From Thiobacillus denitrificans (lineage in GTDB: Bacteria; Pseudomonadota; Gammaproteobacteria; Burkholderiales; Thiobacillaceae), in contig DILD01000028.1 of assembly GCA_002424845.1 (NCBI GenBank), forward strand, positions 17,220-81,219: a DNA stretch of 64,000 nucleotides, read 5' to 3'. Of this stretch, positions 21,083 through 31,916 are shown in pieces. A program made the position numbers and the translations under genes. The notes beneath the pieces are model-generated. The model was not told the DNA's origin, did not search any database, and saw only the letters and a list, made by a program, of their open reading frames with translations. Each line of letters begins with the position of its first letter. Position 1 is the first letter of the stretch.

Positions 21083-21640
21083 ATGACGCCACTGGATGCG
21101 CAACAACTGCTGGACAATGCTGAGTGTGTTGCTTCTGCAGATACGGTGCAGGCGGCGATCAGCCGACTGGCGGGGGAAATTACCGATGCGCTGGCACAGG
21201 ATTTCCCGTTGGTCCTTGCTGTAATGGGCGGCGCAGTCGTGTTTGCAGGGCAGCTTCTTACCCGGCTGAATTTTCCGCTGGAGTTCGATTATCTGCATGT
21301 GACGCGTTATCGTGGGGAGACACGCGGCGGTGAAATGGAGTGGCGTGTGCTTCCGGGACAAAATGTCGTGGGCCGTAACGTGCTGGTTCTGGACGACATT
21401 CTGGACCAGGGGGAGACGCTTGCAGCGATCCGCGACAAGCTTATGAACATGGGCGCAGCACGGGTATGGTCGGCGGTGCTGACCGACAAGGCGAATGGCC
21501 ATGCCAAACCCATCCATGCCGATTTTTCCGGTCTCAGCGTGCCAGACCGTTTCGTTTTTGGCTGCGGGATGGATGCATATGGGCTGTGGCGAAATTTGCC
21601 GGCAATTTATGCGCTGAAACCGGAAGTCACATCAAAATAG
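21083..21640 (+). CDS. hpt: Hypoxanthine-guanine phosphoribosyltransferase
   Basis: VMGGAVVF, TRYRG, VLVLDDILDQGETL, FVFGCGMD. Confidence 0.9.
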   Translation: MTPLDAQQLLDNAECVASADTVQAAISRLAGEITDALAQDFPLVLAVMGGAVVFAGQLLTRLNFPLEFDYLHVTRYRGETRGGEMEWRVLPGQNVVGRNVLVLDDILDQGETLAAIRDKLMNMGAARVWSAVLTDKANGHAKPIHADFSGLSVPDRFVFGCGMDAYGLWRNLPAIYALKPEVTSK

Positions 21641-21647
21641 GGAACAT

Positions 21648-22415
21648 ATGAGTATGCTGGGAATTATTGGAGGTACCGGGCTGACTCAGCTCGCCAATCT
21701 GGAAATTACTCATCGTCAGGTCGCGCGCACCCCTTATGGCGAACCTTCCGGCGCACTGGTTTTTGGACGTCTTTGTGGGCAAGAAGTCATTTTTCTCGCT
21801 CGTCATGGCAATGGCCACAACATTCCGCCGCATGAGGTGAACTACCGTGCCAACCTGTGGGCCCTGAAAGATCAGGGCGTTGACCGTGTCGTGTCGGTGG
21901 CCACTGTCGGAGGCATTCATCCTGGCTTGATTCCGGGCACCCTGGTCATCCCCGATCAAATCATCGACTACACACATAGCCGGGCCACCACTTTCTTTTC
22001 CAGTGGTGACAAACCCGTGACGCACCTGGATTTCACTTTTCCCTATTGCGCAGCCATGCGTGCCGCCCTGCTGCATGCGGCAGGGCGGGCCGGTATCAGT
22101 CTGCGCGACGGCGGGGTTTACGGAGCGGTTCAGGGTCCTCGCCTGGAGACGGCCGCAGAAATCAATCGTATGGAGCGCGATGGCGCCGACATGGTGGGCA
22201 TGACCAGCATGCCGGAAGCTTATCTGGCACGCGAAATTGAAATTTGTTACGCGGCGGTGGGCGCGGTGGTGAACTACGCGGCCGGACGCGGCCTGTCGGC
22301 CGATGGGATCCAGATGGAAGAAATTCAGCTGGTTCTGGGTGAGACCATGTTGCAGGTTCGGCATTTGCTCGAGCAATTGGTAACAGGCGATGCCGCCGAA
22401 CATCGCGGCACCTGA
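21648..22415 (+). CDS. S-methyl-5'-thioinosine/thioadenosine phosphorylase
   Basis: GIIGGTG, TPYG, ARHG..H.IPPH.VNYRAN, GPRLET.AE, VGMT; VVNYAAG (Asn) suggests a 6-oxopurine (MTI) substrate. Confidence 0.9.
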   Translation: MSMLGIIGGTGLTQLANLEITHRQVARTPYGEPSGALVFGRLCGQEVIFLARHGNGHNIPPHEVNYRANLWALKDQGVDRVVSVATVGGIHPGLIPGTLVIPDQIIDYTHSRATTFFSSGDKPVTHLDFTFPYCAAMRAALLHAAGRAGISLRDGGVYGAVQGPRLETAAEINRMERDGADMVGMTSMPEAYLAREIEICYAAVGAVVNYAAGRGLSADGIQMEEIQLVLGETMLQVRHLLEQLVTGDAAEHRGT

Positions 22416-22424
22416 ACTCCCGCA

Positions 22425-23147
22425 GTGAAACTTTACCGTGCATTGCAATCGCAGGGGTTTGGCTCACGCAAGGGGTGCATGGCGCGCGTGCGTGCTGGTG
22501 AGGTTGTGGTCAATGGAGTGCTCTGTGACAACCCGGAAGAAGACGTCGATCCATCCGACCTGGAATTGACTCTCGATGGCGTGGCATGGGTTTATCGCGA
22601 GAAAGCCTATGTGTTGATGCACAAACCAGCAGGTTACGAATGCTCACATCATCCCAGCCACCATCCCAGCGTGTTTTCCCTGCTGCCGCCGCCGCTGTTG
22701 CAGCGCGACGTGCAGTGCGTGGGGCGGCTCGATCAGGACACCACCGGCTTGCTGCTGTTTTCCGACGATGGCCAGTTCATCCATCGCATGATTTCGCCGA
22801 AAAAAGGCGTGGCCAAAGTGTATCGGGCGGTTTGCGCCGATCCGATGACGGACGCCATGCTGGACGCGCTGCGTGGTGGTGTTCAGCTGAACGACGAGCC
22901 TGCGCCGGTTGCCGCGCTGGCCTGTGAACAACTGGATGATCACACTTTGCGTTTGACCCTGGCTGAGGGCAAGTATCACCAGGTCAAGCGCATGATTGGT
23001 GCAACAGGAAATCGAGTAGAGCGCCTCCACCGCGAAATGATAGGCGGTTTTTCCTTGCCTGAAGACCTGATGCCGGGGAACTGGCGCTGGCTGGGGCCTG
23101 ATGACCTGATGTATCTGGAGCAGGCATGGCCATCCGCGATGTCCTGA
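22425..23147 (+). CDS. rsuA: Pseudouridine synthase RsuA family
   Basis: S4 domain, [29 protein letters not shown]. Confidence 0.88.
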   Translation: MKLYRALQSQGFGSRKGCMARVRAGEVVVNGVLCDNPEEDVDPSDLELTLDGVAWVYREKAYVLMHKPAGYECSHHPSHHPSVFSLLPPPLLQRDVQCVGRLDQDTTGLLLFSDDGQFIHRMISPKKGVAKVYRAVCADPMTDAMLDALRGGVQLNDEPAPVAALACEQLDDHTLRLTLAEGKYHQVKRMIGATGNRVERLHREMIGGFSLPEDLMPGNWRWLGPDDLMYLEQAWPSAMS

Positions 23148-23659
23148 GAATGGGTGATCCGCGCTTGTTGGAGCCGGCGCGCCCGGTGGCGGATTTTGCT
23201 TCTCCCGAGTTGACGCAACTGATTGTCGATATGCATGACACCATGCGCGCCCTGAACGGGGCGGGGCTGGCTGCACCGCAAATCGGTGTCGGCCTGCAGG
23301 TGGTGATATTCGAGGTCAACGCCAATCCGCGTTATCCGGATGCTGAGAGCGTTCCGTTCACCGTGCTCATTAACCCGGTGCTGACTTCACTGTCCGATAC
23401 CCTGGAAGAGGGCTGGGAGGGGTGTTTATCTGTACCTGGCATGCGAGGACTGGTGCCGCGCCATACAAACTTGCGCTATCAGGGTCTGGATGCGGCGGGC
23501 CGTGAAATTGATCGTAGCGTGAGTGGTTTCCATGCGCGAGTCGTGCAGCACGAAGTCGATCACCTGCGCGGTGTCCTGTATCCCATGCGGATTCGAGACC
23601 TGCGTTATTTCGGTTTTACCGAAACGCTATTCCCGGGACAAAACCTGCAGGACGATTGA
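23126..23659 (+). CDS. def: Peptide deformylase
   Basis: [21 protein letters not shown]. Confidence 0.96.
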   Translation: MAIRDVLRMGDPRLLEPARPVADFASPELTQLIVDMHDTMRALNGAGLAAPQIGVGLQVVIFEVNANPRYPDAESVPFTVLINPVLTSLSDTLEEGWEGCLSVPGMRGLVPRHTNLRYQGLDAAGREIDRSVSGFHARVVQHEVDHLRGVLYPMRIRDLRYFGFTETLFPGQNLQDD

Positions 23660-23674
23660 TGTCAACGCGTGTGG

Positions 23675-26227
23675 CTAGCTCAGCGCTTCGCGTATTTCGT
23701 CTTCCAATGCCTGTATGCCTTCGGGCGTTTGCATGGCATTCCCTTCAATCATAAAAGTGTCTTCGACCCGTTCTCCCAGGGTGTCGATTTTGGCCGCATA
23801 AACATACCTGTCATGCCGCATCAGGATTTCGGCTATCGCAAACAGCAGGCCGGCACGGTCAGCGCAGGTAATTGACAGAACGTGGCCGTGGCCTTGTGTA
23901 TCAGGCTCCAGTCGGACTGTCGTAGGGTAGGGATGATGGCGCTGGTGGCGCGACAGGCGGCCGCGCGGCGCGTCCTGCATCGGGCGGGCCGGGTCGAGGT
24001 CACGTGCCAGCTCATGTTCCACGAAGCTCAGAAAATCGCGGTAATGAATGCCGCGATGGGCCAAGTCCATGACCTGATAGCTGTCGAGTGCGTACCCGTG
24101 CCGGGTGGTATGGATCTTGGCTTCGAGAATGGTGTACTGGATGCGGGCGAAGAATCCGCAGATACGGGCGAAGATGTCGGGCCGGTCAGGCGTGTAGACC
24201 AGAACCTGGATGCCATCGCCGGCCGGTGACAGGCGCGCACGCACAATCGCGTCCTGGCTGTTTGTGCGATGCCAGAGCATGCGCGCCTGCCAGGCCATGT
24301 CACGGGCATCGAAACGAATGAAGTAGCGGGTGTCAAGGTGCTGCCATAGCGCATCGGCCGCATCGGCAGGCAGGCCGTAAAGGGCAAGGTTGACACGCGC
24401 TTCGCTTTGTTTCGCGGCAATGTCGGCCAGCAAGTTGTCACCGCTCGTCAGCCGGGCATGGGTTGCATGGTAAAGGTCTTCCAGCAGCTTGCCTTTCCAG
24501 GCGTTCCAGACCTTGGGGCTGGTGCCCCGGATGTCGGCTACGGTCAGCAGGTACAGTGCCGCGAGGCGACGCGGGTCACCGGCTCGGGCAGCAAAGGAGG
24601 CGACCACATCAGGGTCGCTGATGTCTTCCTTTTGCGCCGTGCGGGACATCGCCAGGTGCATTCCGACCAGCCAGGCGACCAGGGCACTGTCCGTCTTGTC
24701 GAGTCCGTGTTGGTGGCAGAAGCGTTTCGCGTCCGCCATGCCCAGTTCGGAATGGTCTCCGCCGCGCCCCTTGGCGATATCGTGAAACAGTGCAGCCAGA
24801 TAGAGTAATTCGGGCTTGTCGAATGCGGCGATCAGGCGGCTGGCGAGCGGGAATTCGTGGGCGAAGGCTGGCACGGTGAAGCGCCGCATGTTGCGCAGCA
24901 CAGTGAGGATGTGCTCGTCCACCGTGTAGACATGGAACAGGTCGTGCTGCATTTGTCCGATGATTCGACCGAAAGCCGGAATGTACCGCCCGATCAGGCC
25001 GTAGCGGTGCATGGCGCGCATCGCCCGGGTTATGCCGGCCGGTTGGCGGAGCAGGGTCATGAACAGCGAGCGGTGTTCGGGTTTGGCCCGGAATGTTGCG
25101 TCGATGCGTGTGCAGCCGCGCCATAGCGCTCTCAACGTGGCCGGTTCGAATCCGGCAAGCTCCGGATGCTGGGCGTAGACAATAAAAGCACGCAACAGGG
25201 CATCAGGTTTGTGCTCGAACAGTTCGGGTTCCCGGGCCTCAAGCAGGCTGGCGCGTACCTGAAAATCCGCATCGATCGGTTGGGGGGGCGCGTTGACGGG
25301 AAACAGGCGTACCCGTAACGACTGGATCAGGATATCGTTGGCGCGCTGAATCAGTTTGGCTGCACGGTAATAACCCTGCATGAGACGCTCGCCCGGGCGC
25401 TTGTGCGCAGTCGCTGTCAGTCCCAGGCGCTCGGCGAGTTCGGTCTGGTAGTCGAAGGCGAGGCGATCTTCGCGTCGTCGGGCCAGCAAATGCAACTGAA
25501 TCCGGAGTGTGGCCAGCGAGCGTTCCGCGCGTGCAATACGGCGCGCTTCGGCCATGGTCAGCAGGCCGAAGCGGGCAAGGCCTCTCCAGCCGTCCGTGAT
25601 GCCGCAAGCCTGAGCCAGCCAGTGGATGGTATGCAGATCGCGCAGGCCGCCGGGACTGTCTTTCAGGTTGGGTTCCAGCTTGTAGGCACTATCGTCGAAA
25701 CGCGCATGACGCGCTTGCTGCTCGGCAAGCTTGCCGTCGAAAAAATGCTGGGCATCGAAGCGTGCGTGAAAACCCTGTCTGAACTCGTCGAATAATTTTC
25801 CGGCGCCCCACACGAAGCGCGCTTCCAGCAGGTTGGTTTCCACCGTAATGTCGGCGTTGGCCTCGGTAATGCAGGCTTCAATGGTGCGCACGCTGTGACC
25901 GATTTCCAGGCCGATATCCCAGCAGGCTTGCACCCATTTTTCCAGTATGGCCTGCTGTTCGGGGGTGGGATCGTGCGGCAGTAGCAGCAATACATCAACA
26001 TCCGAGCCGGGGAACAGTTCGCCGCGCCCGTATCCGCCAGCGGCAGCAAGGCAAAAGGTGGCTGGCAAGTTGAGCCGGGTTGAAATCTCGCCCAGCAGGC
26101 CATCAACCAGCGCGGCGTGGCGCGTCAGGTAGCGGGCGGCAGAGGGTTTTGCAAGATAGGCGGCGGCCAGCGCCGCACGGTTTGATTTAAGCCGCTCGCG
26201 AAGATCGGCGAACGGCGGGTTGCTCAC
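23675..26227 (-). CDS. glnD: [Protein-PII] uridylyltransferase
   Basis: GGYGRGEL..SDVD, EPNLKDSPGGLRD, HVYTVDEH, HDIAKGRGGDHS, ACT domains. Confidence 0.97.
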   Translation of the reverse strand: MSNPPFADLRERLKSNRAALAAAYLAKPSAARYLTRHAALVDGLLGEISTRLNLPATFCLAAAGGYGRGELFPGSDVDVLLLLPHDPTPEQQAILEKWVQACWDIGLEIGHSVRTIEACITEANADITVETNLLEARFVWGAGKLFDEFRQGFHARFDAQHFFDGKLAEQQARHARFDDSAYKLEPNLKDSPGGLRDLHTIHWLAQACGITDGWRGLARFGLLTMAEARRIARAERSLATLRIQLHLLARRREDRLAFDYQTELAERLGLTATAHKRPGERLMQGYYRAAKLIQRANDILIQSLRVRLFPVNAPPQPIDADFQVRASLLEAREPELFEHKPDALLRAFIVYAQHPELAGFEPATLRALWRGCTRIDATFRAKPEHRSLFMTLLRQPAGITRAMRAMHRYGLIGRYIPAFGRIIGQMQHDLFHVYTVDEHILTVLRNMRRFTVPAFAHEFPLASRLIAAFDKPELLYLAALFHDIAKGRGGDHSELGMADAKRFCHQHGLDKTDSALVAWLVGMHLAMSRTAQKEDISDPDVVASFAARAGDPRRLAALYLLTVADIRGTSPKVWNAWKGKLLEDLYHATHARLTSGDNLLADIAAKQSEARVNLALYGLPADAADALWQHLDTRYFIRFDARDMAWQARMLWHRTNSQDAIVRARLSPAGDGIQVLVYTPDRPDIFARICGFFARIQYTILEAKIHTTRHGYALDSYQVMDLAHRGIHYRDFLSFVEHELARDLDPARPMQDAPRGRLSRHQRHHPYPTTVRLEPDTQGHGHVLSITCADRAGLLFAIAEILMRHDRYVYAAKIDTLGERVEDTFMIEGNAMQTPEGIQALEDEIREALS

Positions 26228-27033
26228 GCGGCGTGGCGGATGCGATCGGGGACGGCCGGCGTGCCGGTCGAAACCGTGAGCACTTCGTAGCCGTTTTCAG
26301 TAACCAGCACCGTGTGTTCCCACTGTGCGGACAGGCTACGGTCCTTGGTGACGATGGTCCAACCGTCCGCCATCTGGCGGATGTCACGGCGGCCGGCGTT
26401 GATCATCGGCTCAATGGTGAACGTCATGCCCGGCTCCAGCACCAGACCGGTGCCCGCCTTGCCGTAATGCAAAACCTGTGGGTCTTCGTGAAAATTGAGG
26501 CCAATACCATGCCCGCAAAATTCACGCACCACGCTGTAGCCGTGGTTTTCGGCAAAACGCTGAATGGCGTGGCCAATGTCGCCCAGGCGGGCGCCCGGTT
26601 TGACATGGTCGATGCCGACCCACATTGCTTCGTAGGTCACCTGCATCAGGCGCTTGGCCTGGATCGAAGCCTCGCCTACCGAGAACATGCGGCTCGTGTC
26701 GCCGTGCCAGCCGTCCTTGATGACCGTGATGTCGAGGTTCACGATGTCGCCATTTTTCAGGACTTTGTCGCCAGGCACCCCGTGACAAACCTGGTTGTTG
26801 ACCGAGGTGCAGATCGATTTGGGGTACGGCGTGTGACCGCCCGGCGCGTAGTTCAACGGAGCTGGAATGGTGGCTTGCACGTTCACCATGTAGTCGTGGC
26901 ACAGACGATCGAGCTCGCCGGTGGTCACCCCGGGCTTGACGAAGGGAGTGATGTAGTCGAGCACTTCCGATGCAAGGCGTCCTGCAACGCGCATGCCCTC
27001 GATATCGGCGCCGGTTTTGATGGTGACAGTCAT
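26224..27033 (-). CDS. map: Methionine aminopeptidase type I
   Basis: SVN..VCHG, DITVIKDGWHGDTS, GHGIG..FHE, FTIEPM, SAQWEHT. Confidence 0.97.
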   Translation of the reverse strand: MTVTIKTGADIEGMRVAGRLASEVLDYITPFVKPGVTTGELDRLCHDYMVNVQATIPAPLNYAPGGHTPYPKSICTSVNNQVCHGVPGDKVLKNGDIVNLDITVIKDGWHGDTSRMFSVGEASIQAKRLMQVTYEAMWVGIDHVKPGARLGDIGHAIQRFAENHGYSVVREFCGHGIGLNFHEDPQVLHYGKAGTGLVLEPGMTFTIEPMINAGRRDIRQMADGWTIVTKDRSLSAQWEHTVLVTENGYEVLTVSTGTPAVPDRIRHAA

Positions 27034-27155
27034 GTAAAGCTGAGTTTGGGCATAAAGCGGCATTCTAGCGCGCCCGCCCGATGCCGCTAAACCCTTGTTG
27101 AAATGTGGCTAAACGGGCGGCATCTGCTGCGCCAGCCTGCGGCGGTGGCGTCGCC

Positions 27156-27184
27156 TTGAAATTAATGTCTTAAGGAATTAGAAT
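27156..27184 (+). promoter_or_regulatory. Sigma70 promoter of rpsB operon
   Basis: TTGAAA-17 bp-TAGAAT followed by GC-rich discriminator. Confidence 0.7.
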
Positions 27185-27215
27185 TGCGGGCTGTCCGAAA
27201 TGGTTCGGGCAAATT

Positions 27216-27292
27216 CGCACACCTGTCATTAAAGGGTGGCAGCGCGTTAAAAACATGTGGCGCGCTGCTGCTGACGGGTGGAGGCTTAACCC
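27216..27292 (+). ncRNA. rpsB leader (t44-like, S2 autoregulatory RNA)
   Basis: CGCACAC...GGGTG...GTGGAGGCTTAACCC elements in rpsB 5' UTR. Confidence 0.65.
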
Positions 27293-27306
27293 TTTAGGAG
27301 ATTTAC

Positions 27307-28053
27307 ATGTCTATTACCATGCGTCAAATGCTGGAGGCCGGTGTCCATTTCGGTCACCAGACCCGCTTCTGGAACCCCAAGATGGCCCCGTTCATTTTCG
27401 GTCATCGCAACAAGATTCATATCGTCAACCTGGAAAAGTCGCTGCCCCTGTTCCAGGAGGCGCAGAAATTCGTTCGCCAGCTCGCTTCCAACAAGGGTAA
27501 CGTGCTGTTCGTCGGCACCAAGCGTGCTGCACGCGAGATCGTGCGCGAGGAAGCCGAGCGCGCCGGCATGCCTTACGTCGACAACCGCTGGCTGGGCGGC
27601 ATGCTGACCAACTTCAAGACGGTCAAGCAGTCGATCAAGCGGCTCAACGATCTGGAGGTTCAGCTGGCCGAGGCGGGTCGTCTGTCGAAGAAGGAAACCC
27701 TGACCGTGCAGCGCGAAGTCGACAAGCTGAACCGCAGCTTGGGTGGCATTCGCGAAATGGGTGGCCTGCCTGATGCGCTGTTCATTATCGACGTCGGCTA
27801 CCAGAAGGGCGCCGTGGTCGAGGCCAAGAAGCTGGGCATCCCGGTGATCGGCGTGGTCGACACCAACAACAGTCCGGAAGGCGTGGACTACATCATCCCC
27901 GGCAACGATGACTCGGCACGTGCGATTCGCCTGTATGCCCGCGGCATGGCCGATGCGGCACTGGAAGGCCGTGCCCAGGTCATCAGCGAACTCGTCGGGG
28001 GCGAGGAGTTTGTTGAGGTCGAAGAGGAAGAGGCTGCGCCTGCTGCCGAGTAA
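27307..28053 (+). CDS. rpsB: 30S ribosomal protein S2
   Basis: [34 protein letters not shown]. Confidence 0.99.
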   Translation: MSITMRQMLEAGVHFGHQTRFWNPKMAPFIFGHRNKIHIVNLEKSLPLFQEAQKFVRQLASNKGNVLFVGTKRAAREIVREEAERAGMPYVDNRWLGGMLTNFKTVKQSIKRLNDLEVQLAEAGRLSKKETLTVQREVDKLNRSLGGIREMGGLPDALFIIDVGYQKGAVVEAKKLGIPVIGVVDTNNSPEGVDYIIPGNDDSARAIRLYARGMADAALEGRAQVISELVGGEEFVEVEEEEAAPAAE

Positions 28054-28105
28054 GCGCGACGCAAGCAATATCGCCGGGACCGGGTCCCGGCGAGCGGATT
28101 TCGAG

Positions 28106-28127
28106 GAGGGGCGTCTGCCCCTCTTTC
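28106..28127 (+). terminator. Weak terminator/attenuator hairpin between rpsB and tsf
   Basis: GAGGGGC-GTCT-GCCCCTC-TTT; preceded by palindrome TCGCCGGGACC/GGTCCCGGCGA at 28071-28093. Confidence 0.45.
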
Positions 28128-28158
28128 TGTATTGAAGAAACTGGATAGGAGTTACGAA

Positions 28159-29031
28159 ATGGCAGAAATCACTGCAGGCATGGTCAAGGAGCTGCGCGAG
28201 AAAACCGATGCGCCGATGATGGATTGCAAGAAGGCGCTTTCGGAAGCGGGCGGCGACATGCAGAAGGCGGAAGAAATCCTGCGCGTTCGCTTCGGCAACA
28301 AGGCCGCCAAGAGCGCCGGCCGCGTGGCGGCCGAAGGCGTGGTCACCATCGCCATCAGCAAGGATGGCAAGTCGGCTGCGATGGTTGAAGTCAACTGCGA
28401 AACCGACTTTGTCGCGAAGAACGACGATTTCCTGGCGCTGTCCAACGCGCTGGCCGAAATGGTGCTGAACCAGAAGCCGGCCGATGTCGCCGCGCTGTCC
28501 GCGTTGCCCTACAGCGGCACGACGGTGGAAGCCTTCCGTACCGAACTGGTCGGCAAGATCGGCGAGAACATGTCGGTGCGTCGCTTTGTGCGCCTGGACG
28601 GCCAGGGCAAGTTCGCCAACTACATCCATAGCGGCAAGATCGGCGTGCTGGTCGATGTGACTGGCGACGAAGCGCTGGCACGCGACATCGCCATGCACAT
28701 TGCCGCCTCCAAGCCGAAGTCGCTGGATGCGTCCGGCGTGGCACCGGAGCTCATTGACACGGAACGCCGTGTCGCGATCGAAAAGGCCAAGGAAGCCGGC
28801 AAACCGGAAGCCATGCTGGAAAAGATCGCCGAAGGCACGGTGCAGAAATTCCTCAAGGAGGTCACCCTGCTGTCGCAGCCCTTCGTCAAGGATGACAAGC
28901 AGACCGTCGAGCAGGTGCTGAAATCGAAGAGCTCGCAGTGCCACGGTTTCATGATGTACGTGGTGGGCGAGGGCATCGAGAAGAAAGTGACCGACTTCGC
29001 CGCCGAAGTGGCTGCAGCTTCCCAGGTCTGA
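28159..29031 (+). CDS. tsf: Elongation factor Ts
   Basis: [26 protein letters not shown]. Confidence 0.99.
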   Translation: MAEITAGMVKELREKTDAPMMDCKKALSEAGGDMQKAEEILRVRFGNKAAKSAGRVAAEGVVTIAISKDGKSAAMVEVNCETDFVAKNDDFLALSNALAEMVLNQKPADVAALSALPYSGTTVEAFRTELVGKIGENMSVRRFVRLDGQGKFANYIHSGKIGVLVDVTGDEALARDIAMHIAASKPKSLDASGVAPELIDTERRVAIEKAKEAGKPEAMLEKIAEGTVQKFLKEVTLLSQPFVKDDKQTVEQVLKSKSSQCHGFMMYVVGEGIEKKVTDFAAEVAAASQV

Positions 29032-29037
29032 TCCGGG

Positions 29038-29751
29038 ATGGCGCCGGTTCGACGCATCCTGCTGAAGCTCTCCGGCGAAGCCCTGATGGGGCCGGATGGC
29101 TTCGGCTATCACGCTGAAACCATGGCCGGCTTCGTTGGCCAGATTCGCGAGGTGGTGGCGCTGGACGTGCAGGTCGGCGTCGTGGTCGGCGGCGGCAACC
29201 TGTTTCGCGGCGCCACCGGCGCGCTGTCCGGGATGAATCGCGCCAGCGCCGACTCGATGGGCATGCTGGCCACCGTGATGAATGCGCTGGCGCTGAAGGA
29301 TGCGCTGCAGCAGGCGGGCGTCGATGCACGTGTGCAGACCGCGGTCCACATTGCCCATATCGGCGAGGATTTCGAGCGCGACGCGGCGGTACGGCATCTG
29401 GAAGCGGGGCGGGTGGTGATTTTTGGCGGAGGGACGGGCAATCCCTTCTTTACCACCGACACCGCAGCGGCCCTGCGTGCAGCGGAAATCGGTGCCGACC
29501 TGCTGCTGAAGGCGACCAAGGTCGATGGCGTCTACACCGCTGACCCGAAGCGGGATGCGAGTGCGCAGCGCTACGAGACGCTGAGTTTCGACGAGGCGAT
29601 CGCCAAGAACCTTGGCGTGCTCGACACCGCCGCCTTCGCCCTGTGCCGCGAACAGAAATTGTCCCTGGTTGTGTTCAACGTTTTCAAGCCCGGTGCGCTG
29701 AAGCGCGTGGTAATGGGCGAGGACGAAGGCACGCGTGTAAGCAACCATTGA
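29038..29751 (+). CDS. pyrH: UMP kinase
   Basis: [26 protein letters not shown]. Confidence 0.98.
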   Translation: MAPVRRILLKLSGEALMGPDGFGYHAETMAGFVGQIREVVALDVQVGVVVGGGNLFRGATGALSGMNRASADSMGMLATVMNALALKDALQQAGVDARVQTAVHIAHIGEDFERDAAVRHLEAGRVVIFGGGTGNPFFTTDTAAALRAAEIGADLLLKATKVDGVYTADPKRDASAQRYETLSFDEAIAKNLGVLDTAAFALCREQKLSLVVFNVFKPGALKRVVMGEDEGTRVSNH

Positions 29752-29760
29752 GGAGCTGAA

Positions 29761-30330
29761 ATGGCTGAAACCACCATCACCGACATCAAGCAGTCTGCCG
29801 AGCAGAAAATGGGCAAGACGCTGGAAGCATTGAAAAACGATCTGGCCAAGGTGCGCACCGGGCGCGCCCACACTGGCATCCTCGACCATGTCACGGTCGA
29901 TTACTACGGCAGCCCCACCGCGGTGCCCCAAGTGGCCAGCGTGTCGCTGGCCGACAGCCGTACGCTGAGCGTGCAGCCATACGAAAAAAGCATGGTCGCC
30001 AAGATCGAAAAAGCGATCCGCGATTCCGAACTCGGACTCAATCCGGCCTCGCATGGCGACATCATTCGCGTGCCGATGCCGGCGCTAACCGAAGAACGCC
30101 GCCGTGATCTCATCAAGGTGGTGCGCAACGAGGCAGAAGGCGCCCGTGTCGCCGTGCGCAACATTCGTCGAGACGCCAACGGCACGCTTAAGGATATGGT
30201 CAAGGCCAAGACAGCAACCGAGGATGAAGAGCGTCGCACCCAGGAGTTTGTGCAGAAACTGACCGACAAATTCATCGGCGAAATCGACAAGATGCTGGCT
30301 GAGAAAGAGAAAGACCTGCTCGCAGTCTGA
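29761..30330 (+). CDS. frr: Ribosome recycling factor
   Basis: [24 protein letters not shown]. Confidence 0.98.
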   Translation: MAETTITDIKQSAEQKMGKTLEALKNDLAKVRTGRAHTGILDHVTVDYYGSPTAVPQVASVSLADSRTLSVQPYEKSMVAKIEKAIRDSELGLNPASHGDIIRVPMPALTEERRRDLIKVVRNEAEGARVAVRNIRRDANGTLKDMVKAKTATEDEERRTQEFVQKLTDKFIGEIDKMLAEKEKDLLAV

Positions 30331-30354
30331 GCGAGTCCGGCGAGTCCACCCAGC

Positions 30355-31098
30355 GTGCCCACCCGCAAGAAACACGTGAATTTGGCAACCGATGTGCCGC
30401 AGCACATCGCCATTATCATGGATGGTAATGGCCGCTGGGCGAAGCGCCGGCTGATGCCGCGCGTGGCAGGGCATCGGAAAGGCGTCGAAGCGCTACGCGA
30501 GGTGATCCGCTGTTGTGCCGAGCGTGGTGTGTCACATCTGACCGTATTTGCATTTAGCTCGGAGAACTGGCGGCGTCCGCAGGAGGAAGTCACGCTGCTG
30601 ATGGAACTGTTCCTGCGCGCGTTGGAGAATGAGGTTGCCAAGCTACACGAAAATGGCATCCGCTTCCGCGTCATCGGCGATTTGTCGGGCTTTTCCGAGC
30701 GCATCCAGGCCCTGATCCGCGATGCCGAAGCGCTCACGCGCAGCAATACCCGCCTCACCTTCACTGTGGCCGCCAATTACGGCGGGCGCTGGGATATCGT
30801 TCAGGCCGTGAGGAAGCTGATGGCTGCGGGCTTGACACCGGAAGACATGAACGAGGCCGTTTTGGCGCAGCAGCTCAGCATGGCCGAAGCACCCGAGCCG
30901 GATTTGTTTATTCGCACGGGCGGTGAGCAGCGGGTCAGTAATTTCCTCTTGTGGCAGCTTGCCTACACTGAGTTGTATTTCACGGATACGCTGTGGCCCG
31001 ATTTCGACGCGGCAGCGTTTGATGAGGCGATTGCGTCCTACCGTACCCGTGAACGTCGCTTCGGGCGAACCAGCGAACAGGTGCGACCCGCGTCGTGA
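30355..31098 (+). CDS. uppS: Undecaprenyl diphosphate synthase
   Basis: [37 protein letters not shown]. Confidence 0.97.
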   Translation: MPTRKKHVNLATDVPQHIAIIMDGNGRWAKRRLMPRVAGHRKGVEALREVIRCCAERGVSHLTVFAFSSENWRRPQEEVTLLMELFLRALENEVAKLHENGIRFRVIGDLSGFSERIQALIRDAEALTRSNTRLTFTVAANYGGRWDIVQAVRKLMAAGLTPEDMNEAVLAQQLSMAEAPEPDLFIRTGGEQRVSNFLLWQLAYTELYFTDTLWPDFDAAAFDEAIASYRTRERRFGRTSEQVRPAS

Positions 31099-31916
31099 CT
31101 GCTGCATTCATAACGCCCCTTGTCAGCAGGGTGCTTACAACCCTTGCTTTGCTGGCAGTGTTCATTCCGGCCGTATTATGGGCGCCGGCATGGCTGTGGG
31201 CGATCCTGATGGCGGGGGTGATCGGTGTATCCGCTTTCGAATGGGGACGACTGAGCAGCTTTCCTGTTCTTTCTTCGCGTATTTACGCGGTGTTGCTGGC
31301 GCTTGTTGCGTTGGGCTTGCCGTATGGGCTGGGTGAGGATTGGCCCTATATCCAGACAGGTCTGGTCGTGCTGGCCATTGCATTCTGGCTGCTCGTCGCA
31401 CCACTTTGGCTGCTTGGCCAGTGGCATGCCAGGCAAGTGTTTGTGCGTGCTGCGGTAGGCGTTGTGGTGCTCCTGCCGACCGGGGCTGCTTTGCTGTATC
31501 TGCATGCCCGTGGCCCCGGCGTGCTGCTGGCTGTGATGGCGGTTGTCTGGATCGCCGATACCGCAGCTTATTTTTCAGGACGCCACTTCGGACGCCACAG
31601 GCTCGCACCCGACATCAGTCCTGGAAAGACCTGGGAAGGCGTGGCGGGCGCTTTCGCGGCGCTCTCCCTGTATGCCGGCGTATTGAGCTTCTGGACTGAG
31701 ATTCCGTTAATGGGCTTGTTACTGGTGCTGTTCGGGCTGCTCTATCTGTCAGTGCTGGGTGATCTGTTCGAATCCTGGATCAAGCGGGTGTCTGGCATGA
31801 AGGACAGCGGTAACATGTTGCCCGGCCATGGCGGGGTGCTCGACCGTATCGATGCCCTGACCTCCACCCTGCCGATTGCCACCGGTATGCTGATGTGGCT
31901 GGAACGTTCCGTATGA
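31095..31916 (+). CDS. cdsA: Phosphatidate cytidylyltransferase
   Basis: [32 protein letters not shown]. Confidence 0.96.
   Translation: MTAAFITPLVSRVLTTLALLAVFIPAVLWAPAWLWAILMAGVIGVSAFEWGRLSSFPVLSSRIYAVLLALVALGLPYGLGEDWPYIQTGLVVLAIAFWLLVAPLWLLGQWHARQVFVRAAVGVVVLLPTGAALLYLHARGPGVLLAVMAVVWIADTAAYFSGRHFGRHRLAPDISPGKTWEGVAGAFAALSLYAGVLSFWTEIPLMGLLLVLFGLLYLSVLGDLFESWIKRVSGMKDSGNMLPGHGGVLDRIDALTSTLPIATGMLMWLERSV

Noticed and set aside
21083-22415. hpt next to MTI phosphorylase as a novel pathway
   Set aside because: Consistent with known methylthioinosine/hypoxanthine salvage
27286-30054. 922-aa minus-strand ORF, and similar long ORFs at 14465-15967, 44308-45528, 45153-47219, 54933-56654, 59708-61750
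   Set aside because: Antisense shadows of well-conserved high-GC3 genes; no motifs of their own
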